Below, piece after piece: positions 18,540-30,349 of a stretch of DNA of 64,000 nucleotides (position 1 is the stretch's first letter; every line of letters begins with the position of its first letter). The notes under the pieces are model-generated. The model had not been told where the DNA came from. It worked only from the letters and a program-made list of their open reading frames with translations, and searched no databases. The position numbers were made by a program, and so were the translations under genes. This stretch comes from Candidatus Eiseniibacteriota bacterium (GTDB lineage Bacteria; Eisenbacteria; RBG-16-71-46). The stretch covers positions 320,001-384,000 of the forward strand of contig CAVQXP010000002.1 of assembly GCA_963717935.1 (NCBI GenBank), written 5' to 3'.

Positions 18540-18793
18540 ACCGCCACGCCGCCTTCACGTCCAGTTCGGACCTGCGCCGCGCGATGCCGCCCACGACCGG
18601 GCTGCGGCTCGATCAGGCGCACGCCGCGCTGGCCTCGTTGCGCGAGGAGGCGCGGCGCCTGGAGCGGCTGGGTCTCAAGGAGGCGCTCTGCCGCTGCCGT
18701 GAGCAGCTGCGGTACTGGGAGTTCCTCTCGGCGCTCTTCGCGCTGCCGGCCGCGCCTCGGTCCCGCGTTCACCGGACGCACGGGAGCCACTGA
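18536..18793 (+). CDS. Small helical hypothetical protein
   Basis: ATGA and TGATG overlaps with both neighbours; LREEARRLERLG...EQLRYWEFLSALF. Confidence 0.7.
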   Translation: MNRHAAFTSSSDLRRAMPPTTGLRLDQAHAALASLREEARRLERLGLKEALCRCREQLRYWEFLSALFALPAAPRSRVHRTHGSH

Positions 18794-19740
18794 TGGCCTC
18801 CGAGCGCTCCTCCGGCAGATCCCGCCGCGGCCCGTCCCCGGCGGTGCCGCTGCGCGTCATGCCCGGCATCGCACCGAGTGGCGAGCTCGCCGACCATCCC
18901 GCGAACTGGGAGCGTCTGCGGACCCGCATGCTGGTGGTCGCGAGCGGCAAGGGCGGCGTGGGCAAGAGCAACCTGTGCGCGAACCTGGCGGTGGCCATGG
19001 GTCAGCGCGGTGCGCGCGTGCTGTTGCTCGACGCCGACTTCTCGCAGGCCAACCTGGACCTGCTGCTGGGGGTGCACCCGCGCTACGACCTGCAACATGT
19101 GCTCGCGGGCGAACGCACGCTCGAGGAGATCCTGGTGGAGGGGCCGGGTGACGTGCGACTCATCCCCGCGGCCTCGGACGTGCCCGAGCTGGCCGAGCTG
19201 GACGACTACCGGCGCGAGTGTCTGCTGCGCGGCATCGGCACGCTCGACAGCAAGGCCGACCTCATCATCACGGACACGGCTTCGGGCGTGACGCGCGACG
19301 CGCTCGCGCTGTGCCTGGCCGCGGATGACGTGATCGTGATGACGACGCCGGAGATGCCGGCCTTCGCCGACGCCTACGGCCTCATCAAGGTCCTGAACGC
19401 CCAGGGCATCCGGCAGGCGCCGTACCTGCTCGTGAGCCAGGCGGCCAGCACCGAGGAAGCCGAGGAGACCGCACACCGGATCCGGCTCGTGGCCCGCCGC
19501 TTCCTGCACCTCGAGATCCAGTCGCTGGGCGCGATCCCCGAGGACCCGGCCATCCCGCGCGCCGTGCGGCGCCAGGAGCCGGTGGTGACCGCCTTCCCGC
19601 AGTCGCCCGCCGCCGTGGCCTACCGCGCCCTGGCTGCGCGGTTGTGGGCGCCTTCACCCCCCGATCCCCCGGCCGAAGAGAGCCACCCCGAGCGCCTGCT
19701 GGCGGGTGCACGTCGCGAACGCCAGCGGCTCGGAGCCTGA
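18793..19740 (+). CDS. flhG: FlhG/FleN-type MinD-family ATPase
   Basis: VVASGKGGVGKSNLCANLA, LLDADFSQANLDLLLG, DTASG, TTPEMPAFADAYGLIKVL; immediately upstream of fliA. Confidence 0.85.
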   Translation: MASERSSGRSRRGPSPAVPLRVMPGIAPSGELADHPANWERLRTRMLVVASGKGGVGKSNLCANLAVAMGQRGARVLLLDADFSQANLDLLLGVHPRYDLQHVLAGERTLEEILVEGPGDVRLIPAASDVPELAELDDYRRECLLRGIGTLDSKADLIITDTASGVTRDALALCLAADDVIVMTTPEMPAFADAYGLIKVLNAQGIRQAPYLLVSQAASTEEAEETAHRIRLVARRFLHLEIQSLGAIPEDPAIPRAVRRQEPVVTAFPQSPAAVAYRALAARLWAPSPPDPPAEESHPERLLAGARRERQRLGA

Positions 19741-19750
19741 GGAGAACCCC

Positions 19751-20638
19751 ATGGCCCGCCCTACCGCCACCGCCCGCATGCGAGCTCGCCCCGCGAAGCC
19801 CGCTCCATCCGCTCGCACCAGGCGTCCGGTTCCGCGCCAGGCCGTGCCCGCTCCCCGGGCGACCGCCGCGGCGGCCGCCGCCTTGCGCATGGTGCCCGCG
19901 CCCCAGCCCGTGACCTACTCGAAGGAGGATCTGCTGCGCCGCTTCGCGCCGCTGGTGAGGCACGTGGTCGAACGCGTGGCCACCACCCTGCCGCGCAACG
20001 TGGATCACGAGGATCTGTACTCGGCGGGAGTCCTGGGCCTGCTGGACGCGCACGCCAAGTTCGACACGCGCAAGGGAGTGAAGTTCGAGACCTACGCGGT
20101 GTGGCGCATCAAGGGCGCCGTGCTGGACCAGTTGCGCGCGCTCGACTGGGTGTCGCGCTCGATGCGGCGCAAGGCGCGCACTCTGGACGGCGTGACCCGC
20201 GCGCTCGACCAGAAGCTGGGTCGCGCGGCCTCCGAGGATGAATTGGCGCGCGAGCTCAAGATGAATCGCGGCGAGTTCTACCGGTTGCTCGACCACGTCC
20301 GCGGAGCGGTGCTCGTGTCGCTGGACGAGGCCCGCTCGAGCGAGGACCAGGAGTCCACGACGCTGGGCGAGCACCTGTCGGACCCGCACGCCGTGGACCT
20401 GGACGCGCGGCTCGAGGAGGAGCAGACCCGCCTCGTGCTGCTGCGCACTCTCGACCTGCTGCCCGAGCAGGAGCGGCTCGTGGTGGCGCTCTACTACTAC
20501 GAACACCTCACGCTGAAGGAGATCGGTCGCACGCTCGGCATCTCCGAGTCGCGGGTCTCGCAGGTCCACACGCGTGCCATGTCCCGGCTGCGTCTGCGCC
20601 TGCAGAAGGCGCTCGTCGGCGAGGAGCTGGCGGCGTGA
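19751..20638 (+). CDS. fliA: RNA polymerase sigma factor FliA/WhiG (sigma28)
   Basis: EDLYSAGVLGLLDA, KFETYAVWRIKGAVLDQLRALDWVSRSMR, LTLKEIGRTLGISESRVSQVH. Confidence 0.95.
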   Translation: MARPTATARMRARPAKPAPSARTRRPVPRQAVPAPRATAAAAAALRMVPAPQPVTYSKEDLLRRFAPLVRHVVERVATTLPRNVDHEDLYSAGVLGLLDAHAKFDTRKGVKFETYAVWRIKGAVLDQLRALDWVSRSMRRKARTLDGVTRALDQKLGRAASEDELARELKMNRGEFYRLLDHVRGAVLVSLDEARSSEDQESTTLGEHLSDPHAVDLDARLEEEQTRLVLLRTLDLLPEQERLVVALYYYEHLTLKEIGRTLGISESRVSQVHTRAMSRLRLRLQKALVGEELAA

Positions 20639-21051
20639 TCTCCGCCGCGACGGACGGGAACCTGCCCGGAGCGCCGCACGCGGCGCTGCGCGCGGCCGTG
20701 CTGGACGTGGCCCGGCGGCTGGAGGCCACCGGCCAGGTCGAGGCCTCGAGCAAGCTGTGCGCCGCGCTGGAGAGCTGGTGGCGGGAGCAACTGGACTGGA
20801 CGGGCGAGCTGGCGCAGCAGCTTCGCGTGTACCACGACATCAACAATGCCCTCGTGGGAGTGCGCGGCAATGCGCAGCTCCTGCTCATGGGGCCCGCCGG
20901 CGAGGTCCCGGGGGCCAAGGATCGACTGGAGGTCGTGCTGCGTGAGTCCGACCGGATCCGCGAAGCCGCGCACCGGCTCAACGTTCTCAAGTCCGCCCTC
21001 GCGGCGCTGGCCCGTGAAAGCGAACCGGGTCCCGCGTCCCGTGCGGCCTGA
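20635..21051 (+). CDS. Stand-alone HisKA/DHp-domain protein with no ATPase domain
   Basis: H-box YHDINNALVGVRGNAQLL then RLEVVLRESDRIREAAHRL; ends before any HATPase motif. Confidence 0.75.
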   Translation: MISAATDGNLPGAPHAALRAAVLDVARRLEATGQVEASSKLCAALESWWREQLDWTGELAQQLRVYHDINNALVGVRGNAQLLLMGPAGEVPGAKDRLEVVLRESDRIREAAHRLNVLKSALAALARESEPGPASRAA

Positions 21052-22031
21052 GCCGGGCGTGCGTCCCGGCTCCGCCCGCGTGGGCCCGCCCCGCCCGGGC
21101 GCGCCGCCGGCGACGGAGCCGACGGCAGTGCGCGCCTCCGATCCGCGCGGGTCGGGGGGCGAGCGCCGCCGTGCCTCGCGCTCGCTGTGGCAGGCGTGCG
21201 AGGCCCTGCTCTCGGCCGCGGTCGATCGGAAGGCGCTCGAGCGGGCGCTCGCCGACCTGCGCACGGCCTTCGACTGCGACGCCGTGGTCCTGCGGGCCCG
21301 TGGTCCCTCCGGCGCCCTCGAGCCCTGGCAGGCCTGCGGGGACTGGGGGATCCGGCCGGGCGATCTGCGCGACTGCCTCACCGTCCCGCTGCTGCGCGGC
21401 AGCGAGCGCGTGGGGACGCTCGACCTGCTCGCGCGACGTGGCCAGCACTGGCTGCCCGCGCAACTCGGTCTCGTGCGCGCCGCCTCCGGCGCGCTCGGGT
21501 CCGCCCTGGGCGCACGTTTCGAGCTCGAGCAGTTGCGCCGCCAGCCGGGGCGCGATCCCGCGACCGGACTGCCCGACGCGCACGCCTTCCAGGAGCGGCT
21601 TGGCGAGGAGCTGGCGCGCGTGCGCATGCACGGGGCGCCGCTGGCGGTGGCCGTGATCGAGCTGGACCGCTTCCCGGCACTGGCGAAGCGCTACGGTGCC
21701 GGCGTGGCCCGCGCCGTGCTGAGCGAGGCCGCGCTCGTCCTGCGGCTCGCGCTGCGGGAGACGGACGTGCTGGCACGCCTGCCCGGCGCCCGCTTCGCGG
21801 TGCTGCTGCCGGAGACCGAACCGGCCGCCGCGCTGCGCGTTGCCGAGCGTCTGCGCCGCACCGCGGAGGACCACCGCTTCGCGCGCGTCGGACGGCTGGG
21901 CGTGAGCGCCGGCCTGTCGGCGAGCCCGCGCGACGGGGTCGAGAGCGTCGAGATCATGGACCGCGCCGAGCGTGCCCTGACGCTGGCCGTCAAGGCCGGC
22001 CGCCGCCGGGCGGTCGCGACGGAGGCCGCCC

Positions 22032-22042
<11 letters not shown>
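21014..22042 (+). CDS. GAF-like plus degenerate GGDEF protein
   Basis: DPATGLPD, IELDRF, RETDVLARLPGARFAVLLPET, ADRAL-like AERAL; GGDEF replaced by PGARF; start uncertain. Confidence 0.8.
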
Positions 22043-23854
<1,812 letters not shown>

Positions 23855-23858
<4 letters not shown>

Positions 23859-23883
23859 CCGTCCCGTGCCCGGCGACTAACTT
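23855..23883 (+). promoter_or_regulatory. sigma70-type promoter
   Basis: TTGACC-N17-TAACTT upstream of ATG 23943. Confidence 0.55.
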
Positions 23884-23942
23884 CCCTTCCCAGCGGCCCG
23901 TGACGGCCGCCTTCTCGAGGTAAGGAGCCCGCAGTCCACCCG

Positions 23943-25895
23943 ATGAGCGCCAGGGAAGACGCCACCAACCCCGCGAACGCCCCGCGCCCGCCGCGGCGCC
24001 GGGCGACGCGCGCTCGGCGTGCTCCTGGCGGGTGCCCTCCTGGGCGTCGGGCTCTGCCGGGCGTGCTCGTCCCGAACGCTTCGTCCCCGACGGCATGCCC
24101 GCTCTACGAGGCCCGGGTCCACTGGCAGGGCGGACCGCCCGCCGCCGGGCGAGTGGCCGCGGCCCAGCGTGCCGGCGAGCAGGCCGTCCCCGTCGAGGAC
24201 GGAGGCCGCACGCTGCTCGCCGTGCGCTCGTTCACGGCTGCCGGCACCGAGGCCCTCGCTCGTGATCTGCAGCGCCGGCGCCTGAGCGGCGTGGACGCGT
24301 CGTCCGCGCGACGCACGCGCGGCACGCGCACGATGGCGCGCCGGACTGGCGCCGGACGGGCCGGCGACGCTTGCCGCCCGCGGGCCAGTGCGCCGCGCTC
24401 GTCCGGGCGCGGCTGCTCCTGGCCGCGCTGGTGGACCCGCAGGCGGTCCCGGAGGCCCCCGCGGAGTCGCCGGGCAGCGCGGTCCAGGGCGCACGGCTTG
24501 CGCAGGCCGAGGCCGAGGTCGTGCGCCTGGCGTTGGCCGCCCGGCCGGATTCGCTCGCCTCCGCGCTCACCGTCTGTGCATCCGCCGAGGGGGAGTGGCT
24601 GCGCGCCCTGGCGGTGGAGCCGACACCCGACCCGGGCGCCCGGATCGAGGCGGCGTGGAGGTGGCACGAGCGGTCGCGTGCCACGACGCTCGACGACGTG
24701 GAGCGCGCCCTCGATGGCGACGTTGTCGGAGTCCCAGAGCGATGCGGCGGCGACCGCGGCCTTCGCGCAGGCCCTCTCGCTCGAGCGCATGGCGCCGGAC
24801 CCCTCTGCCGCGCTCTATGTGCACGGCGCCTGGGGGCCGGTGCCCGGGGCGTTCCCCATCGTGGGAACCTGGATCGCGCTCCTCGCCGCCGGCGCGCTTG
24901 CAGGAGCCGCGCTCGGGCTCGTCCTGTGCGTGACGTGGCCATGGCGACGCTCCCGGCCGCGCGCCGCGCACGTGGTGCGCGGCGTCCCGGCGGCGCTGAG
25001 CCCGCACCTCTCCGGCGAGCGTTTCGCGCAGCTGCCCCGTGACGCGCGCCGGGCCTGGGATGCGGAGTTGGGCTGGCTGCACCTCGTGAGCGGGCCGGAC
25101 CCCGCGCGGATCGCGCACGCGGTCGGCACACTTGCCGGCGGGTTCGTCGAGCGGGGCGACCGCGTCCTGCTGGTGGACGCCGGCGAGCGGCTCAGGCTGC
25201 ACGAGCGCTACGGGGGGGACGTGCGCTGGGGGCTCGGCGAGTGTCTGGCGGGGGAGGTCCCGCTGCTCGGGGCGGTGCAGGTCGCAGGACGCGCGGGTTT
25301 CTTCTTCCTCGCCCACGGCGCGCCCGGGCGTGCGGGACGCTGGGAGGAGTTGAGCAGGCTGCTCGAGGACGCGCGCACGCACTTCGACCGGGTGCTTCTC
25401 GCCCTGGACCGGGGGGCCCCGAGAGCGGCAGCGCTGCCGCTTGGTGGGCGGGTCCTCGAGGCGTGGTGGGCGGAGCCCGGTCCGGGCCTTTCGAGGAGCG
25501 CGGTCGCGCTCTCCGAGCGGCTTGGCATCCCATTCTCCTGCTTCGAGTTGAACTGGTTGATGGAGGCGATGATCGAAGCCGAGTCGGCCGCTCGGATGCA
25601 GGCTCCCGATCCGCCACCATCCGGGGACGGGGCCGACGCCGCTCGGCCCGTGGGCCTCGCGGGCGCAGAGGCCCTCGCGCTCGCGGACGCGGGATCCGGT
25701 GAGGAAGTGTTCGAACGGATCGAGGGTGTGGTGGGGTCAGCCGATGCCATCGAAGCGGTCGCCCGCTCCGGTGGCGAAGCGGTGGTGCTAGGCTGCGACC
25801 TCGAGGTGCGGGAGCGCCTGCGTTTCCTGGTCTGGATGCGGCGCGTGCAGGCCGAGCGCCAGGCCGCGGCATTCGAGGCCGGCGCGCGGCACTGA
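23943..25895 (+). CDS. Membrane protein with degenerate Wzc/BY-kinase-like P-loop domain (several frameshifts in the 5' half)
   Basis: Two probable TM segments; C-terminal GDRVLLVDAG..LHERYG..GLGECLAGEVPL similar to MinD/BY-kinase fold but no GK[ST] Walker A. Confidence 0.5.
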   Translation: MSAREDATNPANAPRPPRRRATRARRAPGGCPPGRRALPGVLVPNASSPTACPLYEARVHWQGGPPAAGRVAAAQRAGEQAVPVEDGGRTLLAVRSFTAAGTEALARDLQRRRLSGVDASSARRTRGTRTMARRTGAGRAGDACRPRASAPRSSGRGCSWPRWWTRRRSRRPPRSRRAARSRAHGLRRPRPRSCAWRWPPGRIRSPPRSPSVHPPRGSGCAPWRWSRHPTRAPGSRRRGGGTSGRVPRRSTTWSAPSMATLSESQSDAAATAAFAQALSLERMAPDPSAALYVHGAWGPVPGAFPIVGTWIALLAAGALAGAALGLVLCVTWPWRRSRPRAAHVVRGVPAALSPHLSGERFAQLPRDARRAWDAELGWLHLVSGPDPARIAHAVGTLAGGFVERGDRVLLVDAGERLRLHERYGGDVRWGLGECLAGEVPLLGAVQVAGRAGFFFLAHGAPGRAGRWEELSRLLEDARTHFDRVLLALDRGAPRAAALPLGGRVLEAWWAEPGPGLSRSAVALSERLGIPFSCFELNWLMEAMIEAESAARMQAPDPPPSGDGADAARPVGLAGAEALALADAGSGEEVFERIEGVVGSADAIEAVARSGGEAVVLGCDLEVRERLRFLVWMRRVQAERQAAAFEAGARH

Positions 25896-25924
25896 GCCGC
25901 GCTGGCCAATCGACGGAGGACCGC

Positions 25925-26863
25925 ATGCGCATCCTGGTGACCGGCGGCGCGGGCTTCATCGGCTCGCACGTCGTCGACCGCTTCATCGAGCGCGGGCACG
26001 AAGTGGCCGTGCTGGACAACCTCTCCAGCGGGTTCCGCGGACTGGTGAACCCCGCCGCCCGTTTTCACGAGGCGGACCTCACCGACGCGGCCGCGGTCGA
26101 GCGCTGCTTCGCCGGATTCCGGCCCGAGGTCGTGGACCACCACGCGGCGCAGATCGACGTGCGCCGCTCGGTGGACGACCCGGTGTTCGACGCGGGCACC
26201 AACATCGTCGGTGCCCTGGGGCTGCTCCAGGCCTGCACGCGCCACGGCGTGCGCAAGTTCGTCTACGCCTCGACCGGAGGGGCGCTCTACGGCGAGGGCC
26301 GGCAGTTGCCGGCGACCGAGGAACACCCGGTCAACCCCGAGTCGCCCTACGGCGTGAGCAAGCACACGCTCGAGCACTACCTCTACCTCTGGAAGCTCCT
26401 GCACGGCCTCGACTACACGGTGCTGCGCTACCCGAACGTCTACGGTCCGCGCCAGAATCCGCACGGCGAGGCGGGCGTGAACGCCATCTTCATCCTGCTC
26501 ATGCTGCAGGGGAAGCGTCCGCGCATCTTCGGCACGGGCGAGCAGGTGCGCGACTACCTCTACGTCATGGACGTGGTGGAGGCGAACGAGCGGGCGCTCG
26601 CGCTGGGCAGCGGAGAGATGGTGAACCTCGGCACCGGGATCGGCACCTCGGTGAACGACATCTTCCGCGAGCTGAAGGCGATCGTGGGGTTCACGGGCGA
26701 GCCCCATTACGAAGCGGCGCGGCCGGGCGAGGTGCAGCGCATCTACCTCGACGCCACGCGGGCGAAGCAGGTGCTGGGCTGGACGCCGCGCATGAGCTTC
26801 CGTGACGGGTTGGCACAGACGGTGGAGTGGTCGCGCCGCACGGGCGGCGAGCCGCTGCGCTAG
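25925..26863 (+). CDS. NAD-dependent epimerase/dehydratase (UDP-glucose 4-epimerase-like)
   Basis: ILVTGGAGFIGSH, YGVSK, LRYPNVYGPRQ. Confidence 0.93.
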   Translation: MRILVTGGAGFIGSHVVDRFIERGHEVAVLDNLSSGFRGLVNPAARFHEADLTDAAAVERCFAGFRPEVVDHHAAQIDVRRSVDDPVFDAGTNIVGALGLLQACTRHGVRKFVYASTGGALYGEGRQLPATEEHPVNPESPYGVSKHTLEHYLYLWKLLHGLDYTVLRYPNVYGPRQNPHGEAGVNAIFILLMLQGKRPRIFGTGEQVRDYLYVMDVVEANERALALGSGEMVNLGTGIGTSVNDIFRELKAIVGFTGEPHYEAARPGEVQRIYLDATRAKQVLGWTPRMSFRDGLAQTVEWSRRTGGEPLR

Positions 26864-26864
26864 C

Positions 26865-28513
26865 TCAGCGCACCGGGGACTCCAGCCGCGGCCCCCACAC
26901 CAGCGAGCCCTGTGCCCAGCGTGGATAGCGCGCTTCGAAGCGCGGGCGGTTCCCCGGGCCGAGCAGGAAGTTCAGCGTGCCGTCGGCGTCGTCGATGACC
27001 ACGTCCACGTTCCGGTCGAGGTATTCGAGGTAGCGCCCGGCCCGCCACGCCTCCACCGACGGGTTGTTCACGAGCCCGTCCAGGTTCACCACGGTGAAGG
27101 GCCCGATCTCGGGGGCGAAGTAACCGGCCGCGCCGGCGTTGAAGACCCCGACCGTCCGCGTGCCCGGAGCCTGCCTGGCGATCCTCGTCAGGATCGGCCG
27201 CACCACCAGTTCCTCGCCGCGCGGCACGATCCTGGTGGCGCTGAAGTACTGCGCGAAGATCGCGATCCCCGCCGCCGCCGCCACGACCGCCAGCGCCGCG
27301 CGCCACGCGGCCCGCAGGCGCCCGAGCAGCTCGTCCGCGGCCACCCCGCCCGCGAGGAACACGAGGATGAAGGTGGGCACGGTCGCGTACCAGACGACGT
27401 AGGTGCGCAGGACCAGCGCGTAGACCACGGCGTGCGCTGTGAGGTAGCCGAAGAGCCCCAGCGCCAGCGGGCGCAGGACCGTGGCGCGGGAACGCAGGAG
27501 GGAGAGGATCAGGAAGGGCAGGAGCGCGGCCAGGGCCAGCCACCCGGTCCAGGCGAAGAGGGTGAACGCCGCGCGATGCCTCATGCTCTCGCCGGCGGCG
27601 AAGAAGACCGGCGCCCAGACGAAGGCGACGAGGTAGCGCAGACGATGGCCCAGCGCCGCCGGCACGTGGCCGAAGATCTGCGGGTTCGCGAGTTTCGCCG
27701 CCCCGCTCACCTGCCAGGGCGTGCCGAAGGTGGTGAGATTCCAGATGAGCCAGGGCAGCGCCATCGCTGTGGCCGTCACGCCGGCCACGACGAAGAACCC
27801 GAGCGAGCGGCGCGGTGCGCGTCCGGGTGGCGAGCCACGAGCCCAGCGTGATCAGCGCGAGCGTGAAGCCCAGCAGCGGGCCGTTGTCGGTGCGGGCGAG
27901 GAACGCCAGCCCCGTGACGATGCCGACGAGCGCCCCGCGGCGCGCGTCTGGCGCACCGTCCTCGAAGGCCCACGCGACGACCCACAGCCACAGCGCGAAC
28001 AGGGTCACGGTGAGCGCGCTCTCCAACCCGCGCAGGGAGAGCAGCACGGTGACGGGCGAGAGGAACCACACGGCTGCGGCCCAGTGCGCGCCGCGCGGGG
28101 TGACCGAGCCGTCGCAGCAGCCGCCACAGCAGCACGCCGCTCGCGACGTCGAGCAGGGCGCACAGGCTGAGGGCGAGGTGCACGCCCACCCAGGAGCCCG
28201 CCCGCAGCGCGCCGGTGAGCGCGAAGACGGGGGTGAGCAGCAGCAGCCAGAGCGGGTGGAAGCCGTTGGTGGGGGCGAGGCCGTCGAAGGTGGCTCCGTG
28301 GCCCGCGGCGAGATGACGCGCGATGGTGAAGTAGTAGAAGGCGTCGTCCGCGACCACGCGGTTGTCGCACCAGCCCGCCCAGATGAACCCGAGACGCAGT
28401 GCGGCGCCGAGCAACGCGAGCGTCAGCAGGCCGCGGCGCCCGGCGGACCCGGGAGGGGACGGCGGCTTCGCGGTGGCCAGGTCCTGCGGCATCGCTGTGA
28501 GGGACGGTGTCAT
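26865..28513 (-). CDS. Polytopic membrane protein, GT-C glycosyltransferase-like (frameshifted)
   Basis: DDAFYYFTIARHLAAGHGATFDG..TNGFHPLW, GLES, LARTD, NLDGLVN motifs across three frames. Confidence 0.75.
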
Positions 28514-28527
28514 GGGCCCTCTGTGCC

Positions 28528-30088
28528 TCAGCGGACGAGGTGCGCTTCGAGGGTGAGGCGCGCGTGTCCGCTGCGCCGGCCCGTCACGTGCGCCTCGTTC
28601 TCGGTCCAGCGGTAGCCGGCGAGCGCGCGCAGGTCCACGCCGCTCGCCGGCCACCAGCGCAGCCCCGCCTCGACCTCGCGCGTCTGCTCCACCACGCCCT
28701 CGAACGTGCCGACCTCGACGCGTGGCGAACCCGGCACGTAGGGCTCGTCGAGCCCGTTCTCGCCCTGGTCGGTGCGGGCCGCGCGAGCGAGCAGCTGCCA
28801 GTCCGGCCCGAGGTCCAGGGCGCCGCGCAGGGCGATGCGCCGCGAGTCCGGGCCCGTGGGGAACCCCAGCGGCGCACCCTGTGCCTGGTAGGAGCGCCCG
28901 AAGAACGAGGTGTAGACGTAGCGGGACAGCCGCGTGTACTCGCCGCCCCAGCTCAGGCGCGCGGCGCCGAGCGTGCCCACGCCCTCCCAGCCCAGTTGCC
29001 AGCCGTACTTGTCGGGGTTGTCCGCGGTGCGCGCGTGCAGGTCGTCGAGCAGGAGCTCACCGTAGACCCGCGTGCCCGGGGCGATGCGCCAGGCCGCGTC
29101 CAGCCCCAGCATGATGTTGTTGCGCAGTGCGCCGGAGGAGTCGGGCTCGTCCTGCACGAGCAGCCGCTGGACCAGGACGTAGGGGATCGCGCCGATGGCA
29201 TAGAGCGGCTGCCAGTTCGAGGCCCGGTAACGCGCGGTCTCGGTGAGCCCGAGGCGCAGCGCGTCGCGCGGCTGCCACTCGATGCGGTGCGCGGCGAGTT
29301 GTTCGCCCGCCGCCTGCTGGAGCGTGGCCGACAGTGCCGAGACATCGAGGTGGAGTGCCGCCAGGTGCACCTGATAGGAGAGGCCGGTGATCGGCGCCGA
29401 GGTCCTGGAGATCAGCAGTGAGGCCTCCTCGCCCGGGCCCCAGTGCCAGCGGCCACGCCCGAACTGCATGCCCCAGTCCCCGCCGGGACCGGAGTAGGCG
29501 AGGTAGGTCTCGTCGGTGTAGGCGATGAAGTCGGTGTTCGGGACGATGGGGTCGGCGAAGGAGCGCGCCCGGTCCACGCGTCCGACCAGCAGGTTGGTGA
29601 AGAGCAGCCACCGGTCCACCTGGACACCCAGCCGCGCGCGCAGCCCCGAGCCCGACGTGAAGCGCGCGTTGCCCGTGTCGGCGACGGCCATGCCCTCGGC
29701 CGCCGCGGAGAGCTCGAAGCGCTGGTCGCCGGGCGCGGTGGCCTCGAACAGGCGCGGCGTCGAGACGCCAGCGCGGATGAGGGGCGAACCAGGGCGCGGC
29801 GTCGCGCCCCAGGGCGCGCTCGAGGCGCGCATGGGAGATGGCGCGAGCTGCATCGGGCGAGTCCGGTGGGGTGGCGCGGCCCTGCAGTTCGAAGCGCTGC
29901 AGCGGCCGCAGGCCGAGGTGGGGGCGGAGGATCCGCCCGTCCGGGGCCCCGGAGCCGAGGATGTCGAGCAGGCGCAACTCCGACTCGAGCGGGTCGCCCA
30001 CGGGGATGAACTCGCGCGACGAGGCGCGGGCCGGTGTCGGTGCCGACAGGGCCAGCGCCACGAGCGCGGTCAGCGCGGCGCGGGACAC
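28528..30088 (-). CDS. Capsule assembly Wzi-family outer-membrane protein (frameshift near 29765)
   Basis: Signal peptide; MQFGRGRWHWGPGEEASLLIS, LAAHRIEW, YGELLLDD, LGFPTGPDS motifs. Confidence 0.75.
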
Positions 30089-30349
30089 CGTGCGCGCGCG
30101 CGGCGTGTCCGGGGTGTGGCGGTGGAGGGGACGGTCGGTGCAGCGCATCACGGGCGATGCTAGCAGGCGGACCGGTGCGCGGCCAGCGTGGGCTCCGGCC
30201 GCGTGCGGCCCGACCCGCCCGGTGCGGCCCGGCGCCTGCGTCCCGCGGGTTTGAGGCGCTTTCGACCCGTGTGCTAGCCTCGGCTCCTCCGTCCCACTCC
30301 ACGGGGGCTCCGCTCCGGAGTCTCTCGCACCGTCCCTGACCGGCGAGGC

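Noticed and set aside
18536..18793. RsiG-like c-di-GMP-binding anti-sigma for the WhiG-like sigma
   Set aside because: The RsiG ExxxSxxRxxxQxxxD motif is not present
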